A stretch of 64,000 nucleotides of DNA. Origin: Eledone cirrhosa (Eukaryota). The notes under the pieces were generated by a model that worked only from the letters and a program-made list of their open reading frames with translations, was not told the DNA's origin and searched no databases. The stretch spans positions 70,308,001-70,372,000 of the forward strand of contig OZ024746.1 of NCBI GenBank assembly GCA_964016885.1, written 5' to 3'. The translations under genes and the position numbers were made by a program. How positions within the stretch are numbered: the stretch's first letter is position 1; every line of letters starts with the position of its first letter. Shown here piece after piece: positions 39,150 through 53,414 of the stretch.

Positions 39150-42100
39150 AGATAGATATATAGGTAGATAGATAGATTTCTTTATTAGCCACAAGGGTGC
39201 ACAAGAAAAGGGGACAAAACAAAGACACATGCCGGGGATTTTACATACAATCGTATAAAAAAAAAATATAAAACAAACAATTAAAACAATCGAAATCCCC
39301 AATAGGGGAGAGGCGCCACAAATGGGTTGTTTAATACCCCGTCGATAGAACAACCCTCAACTTCAGGAGCGTTTTGTGCAAGTGCTCCTTTCTTCCTTTT
39401 GTTCTCTTCTTCAACCTACAGGTTTATATACAGAGAAGGCCCAATCACTCGGGCCCTTTTTGCCACATTCACCCACCTTTCAGTAAATTTACTGGGGTGC
39501 AGTGGCTCTCTCTCCACTCTGATTCTCCTTCTAAAGTGGTATCTAAAGAAGGGAATGAGTTGTTGTCCGGAGAGAAAGGCATCTGTCGTCAGTCCTCTCA
39601 ATCTCGTCCACCATATAACCTCTTTCACCATAGCCACTATACAGAGGAATAGCGCCTCTCTTTCGTTTTTGAAAGAAGTTGGCGGTTTGATCCTTACTAT
39701 GGACTCGGCAGTCAACTGGTTTTGTCCCATACGCGACAGCAGTTGTTCCGCATAGTTCCACAGGTCGGTTACGCCCGGGCAGTGTACAATTGCGTGCAGG
39801 ACGGTTTCAATGTCCTTCCCGCATCTTGGACACGTCCTCTTGGAAGGATCCCTGCCGGGGCGTCCGTGTCTGTAGATCTTGTCACGAACTGGTAGAGCTC
39901 CTCGGTAGCACTGCCAGGCCAGGGACCTCTGGAAGTTGTCCATGGGTCCCGGGCGGAAATTCCTACCAAACAGACTGGTGAGTTCGTCGTCTTCGACGCC
40001 TAGAGTCTCTCCAATCACGTCGTCGCCCTTGTGACGTACTAACCCTCTATTGAATGTCGAAGTGGAGTCTCCACTGATTGCCCTGCCCGCTTGCCAGAGG
40101 ACTGTGAGCGCCTGAGTGCATTCAATGTGCCAGGCGCCCATCTTCTTCAGTCTTCGCTTGACCCAGGACTGCAGCTCCGTCAGCGAGACAAGTTGCGGGA
40201 AGGCCAGTCTCACAAATGGTGCCCACACCAGTTGGGGGTCGGTGAGGAATACCTGTAGATGCCGTAGCCTCAGCGCATGTTTGCGCATCATCAGCCACGG
40301 CATTCCCAGCCCTCCGTTGGAATGGTTCTGACAGCAGACGGATCTTCTCACCAGTGGAGCCTGCTTCTTCCAAAGGAACTGGAAAAGCATGCGTTCCATC
40401 TTGATGAGGTGTTCACGGCGACAAGGCACGACGGTCAAGCGTTAGTAGATAACGGACGCTATGAAAGTCTTTGCCACCTCCGCTCGACCTTTCAAGGATA
40501 GTTTGCACTCTGCCTACTTCTGGGTGAGCGCAAATACCTTGGCTGTGACCTTGTTCCAGTTTTTCTCCACCTGGAGGTCCGGACCAAACCAGACCCCGAG
40601 CAATTTCACCAGTCCGTCCGTCCAGCGTCCGACGATACTGTCGGGCGGCATCGGTTTGCCTCTCCACGTTCCGAGTTGCAAACCGACAGACTTGTCCGGA
40701 TTCAGTTTTACTCCTGTGAGCCTTTCGTATTCCTGCAGTAAGTTGCCGATCGCCCCGATTTCGGAGGCTTCCGACACCATTACCGCCACGTCGTCGGCAT
40801 AAGCCGATGCCGCTTTCCGCAGTCCCGGTTTCAGCGGAATGCGCTGCAACAGCTCCAGCTTCCGCAGTAGTGGCTCTAGAGTCAGTGCGTACAGAATGGA
40901 GGAGAGAGGGCATCCCTGTCGGATGGAACGCATGATTGCGAACGGCTCCGATAGGTAGCCGTTCACCTTGACCATCGAGCAGATGTTGGTGTGCATTGCC
41001 GCGATCCAGACTCTGAAGACGGGTCCGAAACCGGCCGCCTTGAGAACCGCTTCCAAGTATCGATGGTCTACCCTATCGAACGCCTTAGACTGATCTAAAT
41101 TGATCAGAGTCCCACCAAAGCTGGGTTTACACCCCACCTTCTCTATGATGTACCGCATGAGGTGGAGGTTGTCGTGTATAGACCTGGTCAGGATTGCACA
41201 CGTTTGCGCTTCCCCTACCAAGTTCTCGACGACAAGCGCCAGCCTCGTTGCTAACACCTTGGCCAAAATCTTTAACTCTGTGTTGAGCAGAGTTATGGGC
41301 CTGAAATTGCCTATCTCATCCCCCTAGTTCTCATCTTTCCTGATCAGCGTTACTACGCCTCTGCCTACAGAACTGGGAATCCTGCCGTTCTGCTGCCAGT
41401 TGCAGTAGACCGCTTCGAGGACGCCAGAGAACAAGTCTGGCATGCCTATGTAAAACTCATAGGGTAGACCATCTAAACGGGGTGATTTGCGTTTCCTGCA
41501 GCGGCCTAGGGCGTCTTCTATTTCGCCCGCTGTGATCGGCCTTTCGCAGCTCTCTGCATCCATGCTTGAGAGTCGTGGTACGCCATCGAGGTAGGAACTG
41601 AAGTCCATCACCTCGCTCGACGTACCGCTTTGCCCGAACAGTTGTGCAAAATGCTGCTGGAAGGCCATGCAAAATCCTGCTGGAAGGTGTTTGCCCTCAG
41701 TTCTTTCAACCTCGTCCACCATATTACCTCTTTCATCATAGCCACCAGACAGAGGAAAACGGCCTCTCATTCATTCTTAAATGAAGGCGGCGGGGAAATC
41801 CGCACGCTGGACTCGGCTGACAACTGGATGTGTCCCACACGTGACAGAAGCTGTTCGACATAATTCCACAGGTCGGTCACCCCTGAGCACTGAACAATTG
41901 CGTGCAGAACGGTTTCAATGTACTGCTCGCATCTCGTTCCAGTTTTTGTCCACCTGGAGGTCTGGACCAAACCAGACTCCGAGCAATTTCACCGGTCCTT
42001 CCAATTTCAGCGTCCAACGACGCTGTCGGATGGCATGGGCTTGCCCCTCGATGTTCCGAGTTGTAAACCGACAGACTTGATGTTCCAGTAGGGGCATAGA

Positions 42101-43200
42101 CGGCCACCAGTCTGAAAGCTCCACTTTCACTACCATTCGCGTCAAGTACCACCAACTCCCCCCCCCCCCCCGAGTCCAAGAAGATTGTCTGTATTTCGAG
42201 GTCCAGTTTTTTCCGAAACATTACAGCAACTCCTCCTCCATCTCCCGGCTGACAAAGTGATCCATAGATCTCGAAGTCGTCAAGTATGGGGGTTAACAGC
42301 TGTTTGTTGAGGATCCTGGACTCGCTGACGACTATCACATCAATACGGGGTGACCTGAGGTCATTTAAAAGGTGGCCCTGTTTTCAGGACATCCCCAGGC
42401 CACGCACATTCACACGTCTTACTCGTAAATTTGTCATGTCGGTTGAAAAAGAGTTGAGAGAGAAAAAGGAACACTTACCATTTTGTCTCCTGGGGGTTGG
42501 GTTGCTCGATCTCCATGTCTTGATTGGGAGTGTTTGGGAGGGAGGGAATCCTTTTAGCAAGACATGGTTAAAGGGATTTTGACAGGGGGCTCCACATCAT
42601 GTGGAAAGTTCTGTCCCATGGTTTCGTATTATAGGGTTGTGAGCCTGGTTAGTTTCAGGTTTGTGGGTGGGTCATTGTTTGAGAAAGTCTTCCCTTGTTT
42701 GGATGGTGAGGTCCTTTCGGACAGTTTCTACTAGTTTTCTGTTCGTAATGTACGTGTAGCGTGTTTTGTTTTTCATGTGTACTGTTTCTATTTGTAGTTT
42801 TCTTTTTGTGGTTGGGGTTTGTGATTGTGGTGGTATGGGTGTTTGTTTTGTTGGTGAAGTGTTTGGTTGTGTTGGTGCGGATTGTGTTGTTCGTGTGGTT
42901 GTCGTTTGTGGTGGTATGTTTATGTCGGTATTGGGTGTGCGCGTGTTTTCTGTGGATGTTTTTGTTTTTGTATTTTTTTTGTATTTTTTGTTTCTTGGAT
43001 TTTGGGGGGGTTCTCTTCATCCTCACTTGGAGAAGTAGAGGTTCCCATGTCTGAGACTTCTGAATCAGGGGTAGATGGGAGAGGTATGTTGTGTGGTGGA
43101 GTGTTTGTGCAAGTGTTGTGGAAGTATTTCTCCCCGTTTTAGGGCATTTTTTCATGCTACTCCCTATTTGGTTGGCAGGTGTGCATAGTTTACATTCTCA
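39150..43200 (-). mobile_element. Tx1/L1-clade LINE copy 1, rearranged, with intact 3' end
   Basis: RT (DQSKAFDRVDH, IRQGCPLS, AYADDV), C-terminal CPRC...ETVLHAIVHC, APE fragment 42080-42437, low-complexity ORF1 tail, AATAAA at 39181-39186 and (ATCT)n tail. Confidence 0.92.
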
Positions 43201-43543
43201 TCAACTGTTTCTGTATAGATTAAAGGTTCGAATTATCGACCAAAACTTCACTGTTCCTATAGGGATTAATTATTTGAATTATAGATCAAGATAATGCGTA
43301 TTCAATGCTTCTCGCTTTGAGATTCCATGTAAGTCTCGTAAGTGACGTAAGGGTTGATCATCTCTCTGTGTCTTTTACTCACTTCCTATCCTTTTCTGGA
43401 AGAAATTTGCTGTATTCTGACCCGGAGAGGGATGGGCTCTGTCAAGTTTAAAATGCCCAAGAATCCCTGTATGACATTATGACGCCCCTACGATTCCTTC
43501 AAAAGTTACAGGATCATTCCATACTATTTCTTATATCGTATTT

Positions 43544-43575
<32 letters not shown>

Positions 43576-43676
43576 TGGTAAACGGAATAGAAAATGCTGA
43601 CAAATTGTTCACAGTTGAAAAATGGTTTAATTAGGAATAAAAGAGTATTAGTGATTGTATGGATTAGTATTCAGTT

Positions 43677-43952
43677 GTGGTTTTAAGTTTTTAAGTTTTT
43701 ACCGGTTGCGCATTTCTAAATGCTTTTCAAAAATAATTTTGAGATAGAGTGTCCGTGTTGTTTGCTCTGATCTGATTAGTTTTGGGAATTCTACCTGTTT
43801 TTATGTTAAAAAAGTGGCTCCAGCGTTACTTTGGTGTTGCAAAAATTCTTGTGGTCAAAACAATTTTGATTGGTCGGTAGAGGTCATGTGAATGTAAAAA
43901 ATTGATTTTACGCCAAGACTGTTTTTATGTTAAAAAAGTGGCTATATACACA

Positions 43953-44009
<57 letters not shown>

Positions 44010-44369
44010 ATCTTAATAGCCATTTGACACACATCCCTGCTAACCATTATCACAACATCGAACACCTTACTACTACTACACACACACACACACACACATA
44101 TTTGTTGTGAAAGAGTCATTTCTCAATCTTGGCGCAAAACCAATTTTTTACATTCACATGACCTCTACCGACCAATCAAAATTGTTTTGACCACAAGAAT
44201 TTTTGCAACACCAAAGTAACGCTGGAGCCACTTTTTTAACATAAAAACAGGTAGAATTCCCAAAACTAATCAGATCAGAGCAAACAACACGGACACTCTA
44301 TCTCAAAATTATTTTTGAAAAGCATTTAGAAATGCGCAACCGGTAAAAACTTAAAAACTTAAAACCACA
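43677..44369. repeat. Inverted repeat, about 240-bp near-perfect arms around a (CA)n spacer
   Basis: 43677-43918 is the reverse complement of 44127-44369. Confidence 0.9.
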
Positions 44370-47300
44370 TTCAATGTGCCAGTCGCCCACTTTTCTCGGT
44401 CTTCGCTTGACCCAGGATTGCAGCTCGGTGAGTGAGACGAGTCTCGGAAAGGCTCGCCTCACAAACAGGGCCCACACCGGCTGACCGGTGAGGAATACCT
44501 GGAGGTGCCGTAGCCTTAATGCGTGTCTACGCATCGTCAGCCACGGCATCTCCAGCCCTCCGTTCGAAGGGTGTTGACAGCAGATGGATCTTCTCAGCAA
44601 AGGAGCCCGCTTCTTCCAAAGAAATCGGAAGGGCGCGCGCTCCATTTTGGCGAGTGTTTTCTCTGGGCAAGGCACGACGGTCAAGCGGTAGTAGATGACG
44701 GACGCTATATAAGCGTTCGCCACCTCCACTCGACCTTTCAGGGATAGTTTGCACTCGGCCCACTTCTGGGCGAGTGCAAACACCTTGCCCGTTACCTCGT
44801 GCCAGTTAGTTTTTCTCCACCTGGAGGTCCGGTCTGAACCAGACCCCGAGCAGCTTCACCGGTCCCTCCGTCCAGCGTCCGACGATGCCGAGTTGCAAAC
44901 CGACGGACTTGTCCCGGTTCAGCTTGGCTCCTGTGAACCTTTCATATTCCTCCAGTAACGTGCCGATCTGCCCGATTTCCGAGGCGCACGACACCATTGC
45001 TGTCACGTCATCGGTGTAGGCCGTCACCGCTTTCCGCAATCCCGGTTCCAAGGGGATGCCGTGCAACAGCTGCAGCTTCCGCAGTAGTGGATCGAGAGCC
45101 AGCACATACACGAGGGAGGAGAGAGGGCATCCCTGTCGGATGGATCACGTGATTTGGAACGGCTCCGAGAGGTAGCCGTTCACCTTGACCCTCGAGCAGG
45201 TGTTGCTGCTGTGCATTGCAGCAATCCAGCCCCTGAAAACGGGTCCGAAGCCTGCCGACGCGAGCACCGCATCCAGGTACCGATGGTCAACCCTATCGAA
45301 CGCCTTAGATTGATCCAAGTTGATCAGGGCCCCACCAAAGCCGGGTTCGTTCCCTACCCTCTCTACGATGTATCGCATGAGGTGGAGGTTGTCGTGTATG
45401 GACCTGGACGGGATTGCGCATGTCTGCGATTCTCCCACCAGGTTCCCGACGACAAGCGCCAACTTCTTCGCTAACACCTTGGCCAAAATCTTTAACTCTG
45501 TGTTTAGCAGAATTATGGGCCTGAAGTTATCTATGTCATCTCCCTTGTTTTCGTCCTTCCTCACCAGCGTGACTACGCCCTTGGTCACAGAACTGGGAAT
45601 TCTCCCGTTCTGTTTACAGTTGCAGTAGACCGCCTCGAAGAGACCGGAGAACACGCCCGGAATCGCTACATAAAGTTCGTATGGTAGACCATCGAGACCC
45701 GGAGATTTACGTTTGCCGCATTGGCTCAGCGCTTCCCCTATTTCAGCGGCTGAAATCGGCCTCTCGCAGGACTTCGCCTCGCCGTCCGAGAGCCGCGCCA
45801 GACCGTCGAGGTATGGACCGAAATCCATGGCCCCACCCGGCCCGCCGCCCCTCCCGAACAGTCGTGCAAAGCGCCGTTGAAAGTCTCGCTCATCCGCTCA
45901 GGTTCAAGGATCACGCGTCCATCCTGGTCCTTCAAAGACCGAATCGTGGACTTGTTTCCACTTTTTGCTTCTGTCACTTGGGCCCAGCTAACAGCTTTGG
46001 CACCCTCGTTATCCAGAGCACGTATTTTACTCCTGACAACGCAGCCTTCGTGCTTCGCATCAAAGAACTGGTCTAGGGCCGTTCTTGACGCCAGCACGCC
46101 GGCCACGTTGCCACTCCTAATCGCCTCTTCTACTCTATTCGTTAATTCCCTTTCAGTTCTATTCCTATCTGATGCTAATTCCCGACTAAAACCTATCGAT
46201 TCTATTCTAATTTCTCTCTTGAGAGAGCCCCACCACCTGCTGTTGACAATTGCCCCCGTCAAACGCTGCTTAACTAGTGTGCTAATCCGCTTACTGAAAG
46301 CTTTGTTTGTCGGTAAAGACAAGTTTAGCTTCCAGTAACCGGGTCCCTGTCTATGAGTTCTATCAAGGTTGACCACTCCGGTCACCAACTTGTGATCCGA
46401 ATAGTCAACCATGAACATTCGTGGACAGCTTAATATGTCCCTATCCTTATTTCTAACTAGGAACCTATCTAGGTACGACCTAGATGTTCCGCTGCGATTA
46501 CTCCACGTCCACCATGGCGCAGTCGGAAAATCTAGTCGATATCTATCGGCCAGATCAAATCGGCCGATTAACCGTTTGAGGCTGTTACACCCCCCCCCCC
46601 CCTCCTCTATCGGGACATGCCCCTACATAGTCCCAACGTGCATCCCGGATACCATTCCAGTCTCCCACTAAAAGCAAGGAGCGAGACGTTCCCAGGAAAT
46701 TCTCCAGGTGTCGGAAGAAGTCCGGTCGCGGTGTCCCAGATGGGGCATACGCTGCCACCAGCCTGAAAGCTCCACCTTCACCACTGCCGACGTCTAAAAC
46801 CACCAGTCGACCCTCCGGGCACAGGTGTACCTTCTGTGTGGAAAGACCCAGGTATTTTCGCAGCAGAACGACAACCCCACCCCCACCCCTCGGCTGACAG
46901 AGAGATGCGTAGATCTCAAAGTCGTCGAAGATGGGGGCCAGTTGGCGCTCGCTGCTGATCCTGGACTCGCAAATAACAATTACATCCACTCTGTGCGACC
47001 TGAGGTCATTTAAGAGTTTGCCCTGTTTCCAGGACATCCCCAAGCCGCGTGCATTCACACATCCAACTCTTATATTGGCCATGTTGGTGCTGAAGAGTTA
47101 AAAAGGAAGAGGAAATGAAATTACTTACCTCTTCGTCTCCTGGGGACCAGGCTGCACAATTTCCATGGGGGTGTTGGAAGGGTTGTTGGGTGGGGTGGTG
47201 GTTTGTGGTGGGGTGAAGGCATCAGTGTGTGGTGGGATTAGGGTGGGGTGTGGGTGTCTGGTGTGGGGGTGGGGAAACATCTCAATACAACGTGGTTAAG

Positions 47301-49125
47301 TGGTTTGGTGCAGTTGGTCCCCACATGCATTGGATGGTTCTTTTTCAAAGTTACATAGGTTTGCGTTGGGACCCTAATCATCATTAGGTGCGGTTTGTTC
47401 GCTGCGTAGGTGAAAGTGATCCCTTCGGTTTCCACCGAAGGGTTATTTTCTATTGTTTTCATCAATGTTTTATTGTTCTTGTTAATGTATGTATAGAGTT
47501 TTTGTTGTGTTGTGTTTGTTTTTGTTTGTTGTTCTTGTGCGTGTTTGCGTTTTGTAGTATGTGTTATGTTTTGGGGAGGGGTGGTTTTTTTTATTTGTGA
47601 TGTTTGTTCTGTTTGTGCTGGTGGTTGTGTGTTTGTGGCATTTTTGTTAATGTGGTGCATTTTTTTTCCTTTTCACCTGTTGAAAGGGTTCTCCCTCGTC
47701 GTCACTGGGTGACGTTGATACGGAGTCCTCTTCCGTGTTGTTGGGGAGGGGTATATTTTGGGGTTTTGTTGTGGTTGCTTTTCTATTTGTTTTAGGTGGG
47801 GAGGGGTTGGGTGGAACAGTGTTTTGTGTTGTTATTTTTCCGTGTTGTTGTGGTTGTTGTTGTTGTTGTTGTGGTGGTGGTGGTGGTGGTGGTGGTGGTG
47901 GTGGTGTTGTTGTGTTCGGGGTTGGCAGAAGAGCCTTTGTTTTTTGACTCGTTAATTGAGGATAGGCAGCCCTCAGGTTATCCCTGCTTAAGCAGTGGTA
48001 ACATGACGGCCGCCTTCCCTCCACTGAAATGTTTATATAAGTTAGCCCGTCCAGAGGCACGCGTTGTGGGATATTCGCATTTCGTTCTGGGCTCATTTGC
48101 ACCAAAACTTCTACTGTGGTCTCACCAAATACACCTCCGGAGGACTTTCCTATTGAAATGATCTTGTCTTCGTCAAAGTCAATGATATCCACCAAATATT
48201 TACATTTGGTGTGATACTCATTATTTTTATTCTTTGTGTCCTTTTTTCCCTGTATGTGGGGGAAAAGGTGACGCGGGGGACACAATGGGTGATACCGAGT
48301 ACTTTCGTGCTGTTGACTGGTTGTTCATTAGCACCTAAATGCTACCAAACAGTTTACCTTTTTGTATGAAGGTTAAGTCCTTCATTGCATCTTTTAGAAC
48401 CAGCTCAATTTCATTTTGTGATAATTGAGCTGGTTTTCTTGTTTCGTTCGATATTGTCCTGAAAACCACAGTTTTCAGGACAGCCTCTCTACGTAATTCC
48501 TGTGGAGAGTTGATGCTAAAAGCACTGTTTTCGCCAAAAGTCACGAATTGTTTTGCGTCTTGTAATAGTTGTTTAGCATTTGTTATGTCTATTGGCGTGT
48601 ATAGTTCGTTTTTTTTTACAGTCTGTGCGAACGTTGTTTTGGTGTTGTTGTCTTTTTTATTGCTGCTGTTGTTGTCACTGTTGGTAATATTGTTCATGTT
48701 TTCCTTGGAGTTGCTATTGTTGCAGTTGTTGGTTGTGGTGTTATTGTCATTGTTCTTGTTGTTGGTGCTGGTATTATTTACCGGGTTTGGTTTCGTGGTT
48801 TCAATATTTTCAACCTTTTTCGATAATGCGAGGGGGGAAGGCTGCAAGCTTTGTACTCCTACCTTCCCTCCACCACTTTTCTTAGTGGGCGTGGCACTCA
48901 CGACAGTGTGCGAGGTTGAAATGGCATCCATTGCTGACTACCAAGTCTACACAGTTTTGAGATGAAAATGAAAATTTCGCCCCAGAAAGGGGCGAAAATT
49001 AGTTGACTCAACGTCTGAAGGCCCAGGCAAGGGGTTAAACTAAACAATGCTATTAAATTGAGCAATTAACTCACAGTTTTTTTTACAATAATCCGTAAAA
49101 ATCTGGAGCGAAGTAATTCACGTCT
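44370..49125 (-). mobile_element. Tx1/L1-clade LINE copy 2, apparently 5'-complete and 3'-truncated, frameshifted
   Basis: ORF1 from 48931 (Asn/Thr-rich, Cys/His knuckle SCYHCLSRDN); ORF2 from 47082 (CVNARGL, GDWN, SDHK, PGYWKLN, KSPGLDGLPYE, NFRPIILLN, DQSKAFDRV, YTDDV). Confidence 0.93.
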
Positions 49126-49129
49126 TTAT

Positions 49130-49770
49130 CAAGTGGTAATTGATATAGAGAGGGGGATAGGGAAAGAGTTCCATGTTGTAGATATAGAAAGGTGGAGAGT
49201 TTGGTGTTACTTGATAAAGAGAGGGGTATTGGAAGAGAGTGTTATTTGGTCGATGTAGAAGAGGGGTAGTTTGGTGGTAATGAATAGAGTGAGAGGATTG
49301 ATAGAGATAGGTATTGATAGATATAGAGAGGGGGGAAAATTTGGTAGTGATGGTATAGAATGAGAGGGAATAAGAGAGAGAGTGTTGTATGGTAGATATA
49401 GAGAGGGAGATAGTTTGTTGGTAATTGATATATAGAGGGGATAGTTTGTTGGTAATTGATATATAGGGGGGATTAGGAGAGTGTGTGTCGTGTAGTACAT
49501 ATAAAAAGGTGTAGGTTTCAATGCTTGTAGATATAATGAGAGGGTTGAGAGAGATAGTATCATAAAAGATATAGAGTGGGGCGTGATTGATAGAGGCTGA
49601 AATATTACGAGAGAGTGTAGTAGAGAAGGCGAGGGGAAGTTTGGAGATGATTGATATAATGAGGGAGATTGGGGGAGTTTTGTATGTTATATATAGAGGG
49701 GGGAATTTGGTGGTTGTGGATATAAAGAAAGGATAATGGGAGAGTGCTGTGCAGTAGACATATGGGATTT
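49130..49770 (-). repeat. GA-rich degenerate subrepeat block, same family as 1853-2385 and 16260-16790
   Basis: Reverse complement of the ctctctatatc/accaaact units. Confidence 0.7.
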
Positions 49771-50258
49771 CTTGTAATGTTTGTTTTTTTGTCGTATATA
49801 ATGTTTTTTTGGATGTAAAATAAAATAATCAGACCTGATAATACATGAATTATTGACGGACGTAAGAATGAAAACTCAATACCGAAGTAAAGTTTAAATA
49901 TTCACTTATTATGGCTAAGTGATTAGCCTTGTTACTCTGGAGTTTCCCCTACGTATGTACAATGAAAACGAAACTAAACTAAAAAATTCCAATTCGTCTT
50001 TATTAATTACATCGAGTAAATATTAACATTTGTATTTATGTGTATTTCAAAATTCAGTTTGTCTAATGAAATATAAATTTCTAACATAAAGGTACAAGAC
50101 CACAAACTGGTATTTATTTTATACAGGACTTGAACTCAGAACGTAAAGAAACGTAATTGTGCATCATGATATTTCATCCAGCATCACTCCGTTACTGCAA
50201 ATCCATCGCCTTTTGTCTACCGAAATATAGAACTTAAAATGATATAAGATATTGAGGT

Positions 50259-50447
50259 TTAATTGTTGAACATCTTTAAAGCTTCTTTAACGGCTTTCTC
50301 TTTGATTTCTTCTCTTAATTGGTCAATAATTGTGACACTAGGAAAAAATATCTTTGATTGATATTGCCCTCTGATTCCACTATCATCTTTCTGAAGGAAT
50401 AGAACTGCCTTAGTAGACCTGAAAGCAAATAACTGGATACGGAAAAG
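50259..50447 (-). CDS. Gene B exon 5 (last): LFRIQLFAFR...KMFNN*
   Basis: CAG acceptor, 189 nt to TAA, paralogous to 11195-11383. Confidence 0.9.
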   Translation of the reverse strand, partial: LFRIQLFAFRSTKAVLFLQKDDSGIRGQYQSKIFFPSVTIIDQLREEIKEKAVKEALKMFNN

Positions 50448-52048
50448 CTGCAAAAGATAATGAAAAAAAATGTTTTAATCAAGGTGCAAAGTTACAATAA
50501 GTGCACGGTGGTGCAGAATGCATGTGCAATATTTAGGCCTCAGTAATTAAGTACAAAAGAATGTCTGCCAAATTTGGGCCTTGAAACATAAGGTAACGCA
50601 ATAAGAATCAAATTGGTGAGTTTAGTTTTTATAAACACCTTGTAAAATGATCGAAGTAAAAACAATGGAACAAAAGAAAATTTTAACTGAGAGCGCTGAG
50701 AGCCTGAACAAATATGACGAATATATATAGATTTGACACTCTAACCACTATGAAAAATTACACGTATATTTTTCATTGGTTTGGTCCGGAAGAATGATAT
50801 CTCTTAGACTAGTGTGAGACTACGAGAGAAGCAGTGCTCAGGCAAGGAAAAACTGGGTGTAGTGGTTGGTGCAAAATTTGAGGTGATGCAGTATGAGTGA
50901 CGGGAAGAGGAGAAACGAGTGAATTGAGAGTAATTAAGTGGAGAGCTCCCTGGAGAAGAAACCACTGTGGTAGCGGTAAAAACGGACAAGGGGAAGGAAA
51001 TGAGCGATAGAGACAGGGGAGATGACAAAGGAATGAAATGTAAAGTCAACCCATTTAGTATTTGAACACACGACAAAGGGGGGCCGAATGTATGTATTGT
51101 GAAGCATTTAATCCGCCACTCAACTGTTTCTGTTTATATTTCAATGCTAAAATAATAGTTGAAATAGATCAGTAACATATATACTCATGTAAAATCGAAT
51201 TTTTTCAATTAATTTTTTATGTTTAATTTATGGTGGTCGAATAAAATTTACTTTCTAGGAGCTGAAATTCACCCACAATACCAAATAGTATATCAAATTT
51301 ACATTTATAATACAATTTTTTTTACACTTCATACCATCGAAATAAATGAATAAGGCTTCGTAGACCGTATAAATATTTTTTTCTTCCATCCATCAATACA
51401 TAATAGCGTAACAAGTAAATTTCCGATTAGAACTGTTACATTCGTGTGAAACAGTTCTAGTCCTGTAGAAGTAATTTGTATATAAAATAAAGATGTTTAT
51501 ACTCCACCAACGTATTGAATACGTTTTTAATAGTGATCATTTCCCAATCTCCATCGAGAATCAGCCTTTAGTCATATATATATATATATATCAGATATAC
51601 ACACACAATTTTACACGATGTGCCCCCAAAAAACAACTTTGTTCTGTGAAGAAACATAGTTGCTGCTATCTTCACTGCCACTTCTCTATTAACAAGAACT
51701 CATTCTCCAACCAAATTTTGAGCAAGAAAGATGTGAATAAAACTTACTCCAACATTGGATTTTAATTTTAAATCTTAAATTTTTAGTTTTTAACTCCTAT
51801 TAATTCTTTGTCATTTTTTATTTCAATACTCAACATTTGAAAGATAAATTTTAATAATACATCGAAACCGGTTATACTTTATATACTTTATATACATATT
51901 AAAACTTTTTTTTTAAAGAATTGTCCCTCTCATTTTTTCAATAATGTCATCTTTTCAATAATGTCACTTTGACGAATCAAAGAAAGGATAAAAAAAGAAA
52001 AACGGACCCTTAAATACATTTGCCGTGCTATTTCCAACTTCACCTTTA

Positions 52049-52158
<110 letters not shown>

Positions 52159-52181
52159 GGTATTTATCATATTAAACATAC

Positions 52182-52403
52182 CTTGAAGAAAGGTGTCTTA
52201 ACACTAGGGTAGCGAATGACACCAATATCAACGACACTACGTTCAATATAATGATCTCGCAGGAAAACACTTCGAAAGTTTTTGATTTTGGCGCCAGTAG
52301 ATGCAACAATATTCGCGTAATCGGCAATCTCAATGTTAGTGGCAGCTAATACATTTAGATCTTGTATAAGTTCGTTTGCAAACCACCGAGAAACATTACG
52401 TAT
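52182..52403 (-). CDS. Gene B exon 4: IRNVSRWFANELI...RYPSVKTPFFK
   Basis: CAG acceptor, GTATGT donor, 222 nt, paralogous to 13332-13553. Confidence 0.92.
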
Positions 52404-52429
52404 CTGCAAGAAATTAGCATAAGGATATA

Positions 52430-52511
<82 letters not shown>

Positions 52512-53414
52512 GTTACGACAGTGACATTACAAGTTGGGGTATGCAACCCAACTCATTCAGCCTGTTATAAAAAGAAAGATGGCCTCTAGTAGTAGAATGT
52601 AATTTCTTTTGGAAAGATTATCCAAGAGCTCTTCAAAGGCAGGTAATTTCGAAAATAACCAAAATTATTAGATAGGTTGAAGCGAGGTAGCTATTCCAAA
52701 AATTATTATCAAGAGTAGGGAAATGTATTCTAAGTTAATAACTCAAAGAATCCAAATTCCTTGACATTCAAATTAGTTAGTAATTCAAAGAAAATATATT
52801 CCTTCACATTCGAATTATTTAGTCAAGTCTATACCATTTACTCAGAATGTATTTCGTTTCGTGTGGACAGCGGATAAAGCAGTCAAGGCGTGTATTTAAG
52901 CAATGTTTATCTGAAGTCAGCTGAGAGAGTATATTCCATTTTTTCGAGTTACATATGCAATGTATGTGCGTCTGTTTGTGTTCGCGTGTGTCTATTTATA
53001 GTTGCACGTGTTAAGTGACTTTATGTACTCAATGTATATAGTTATACACACCGAGTACATAGATATGCAAACATGTCAAATTTACGTATTCCCCTCTAAG
53101 ATTCTAAAATGGAAACTGATGAATTTCCTTAACCGATTTTCGACCATTATCTACAACTCTAAACAACCACAAGAAAATATGTAACTGATGGGTTTATAAA
53201 CATTATCGAATATAGCATTATCACAAAAGTGGAAGAACTAATTTGTATATAGTTAATTTTAATATATAATGCACAATCTAATATACATATATATAAATTA
53301 AAAGGTATAGAATGTTGTACACAATAAATTATTGATTTATCAAAGTTTCTTTCCTAATAATGAGATTTTTAAAATATCAAGGGATGTTTTCAAAATATCA
53401 AATGAAAGACTTAC

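Noticed and set aside
42655-43155. Thr/Asn/His-rich ORFs and their antisense hydrophobic ORFs (also 47238-48965)
   Set aside because: Low-complexity ORF1 of the Tx1 LINEs, not host genes.
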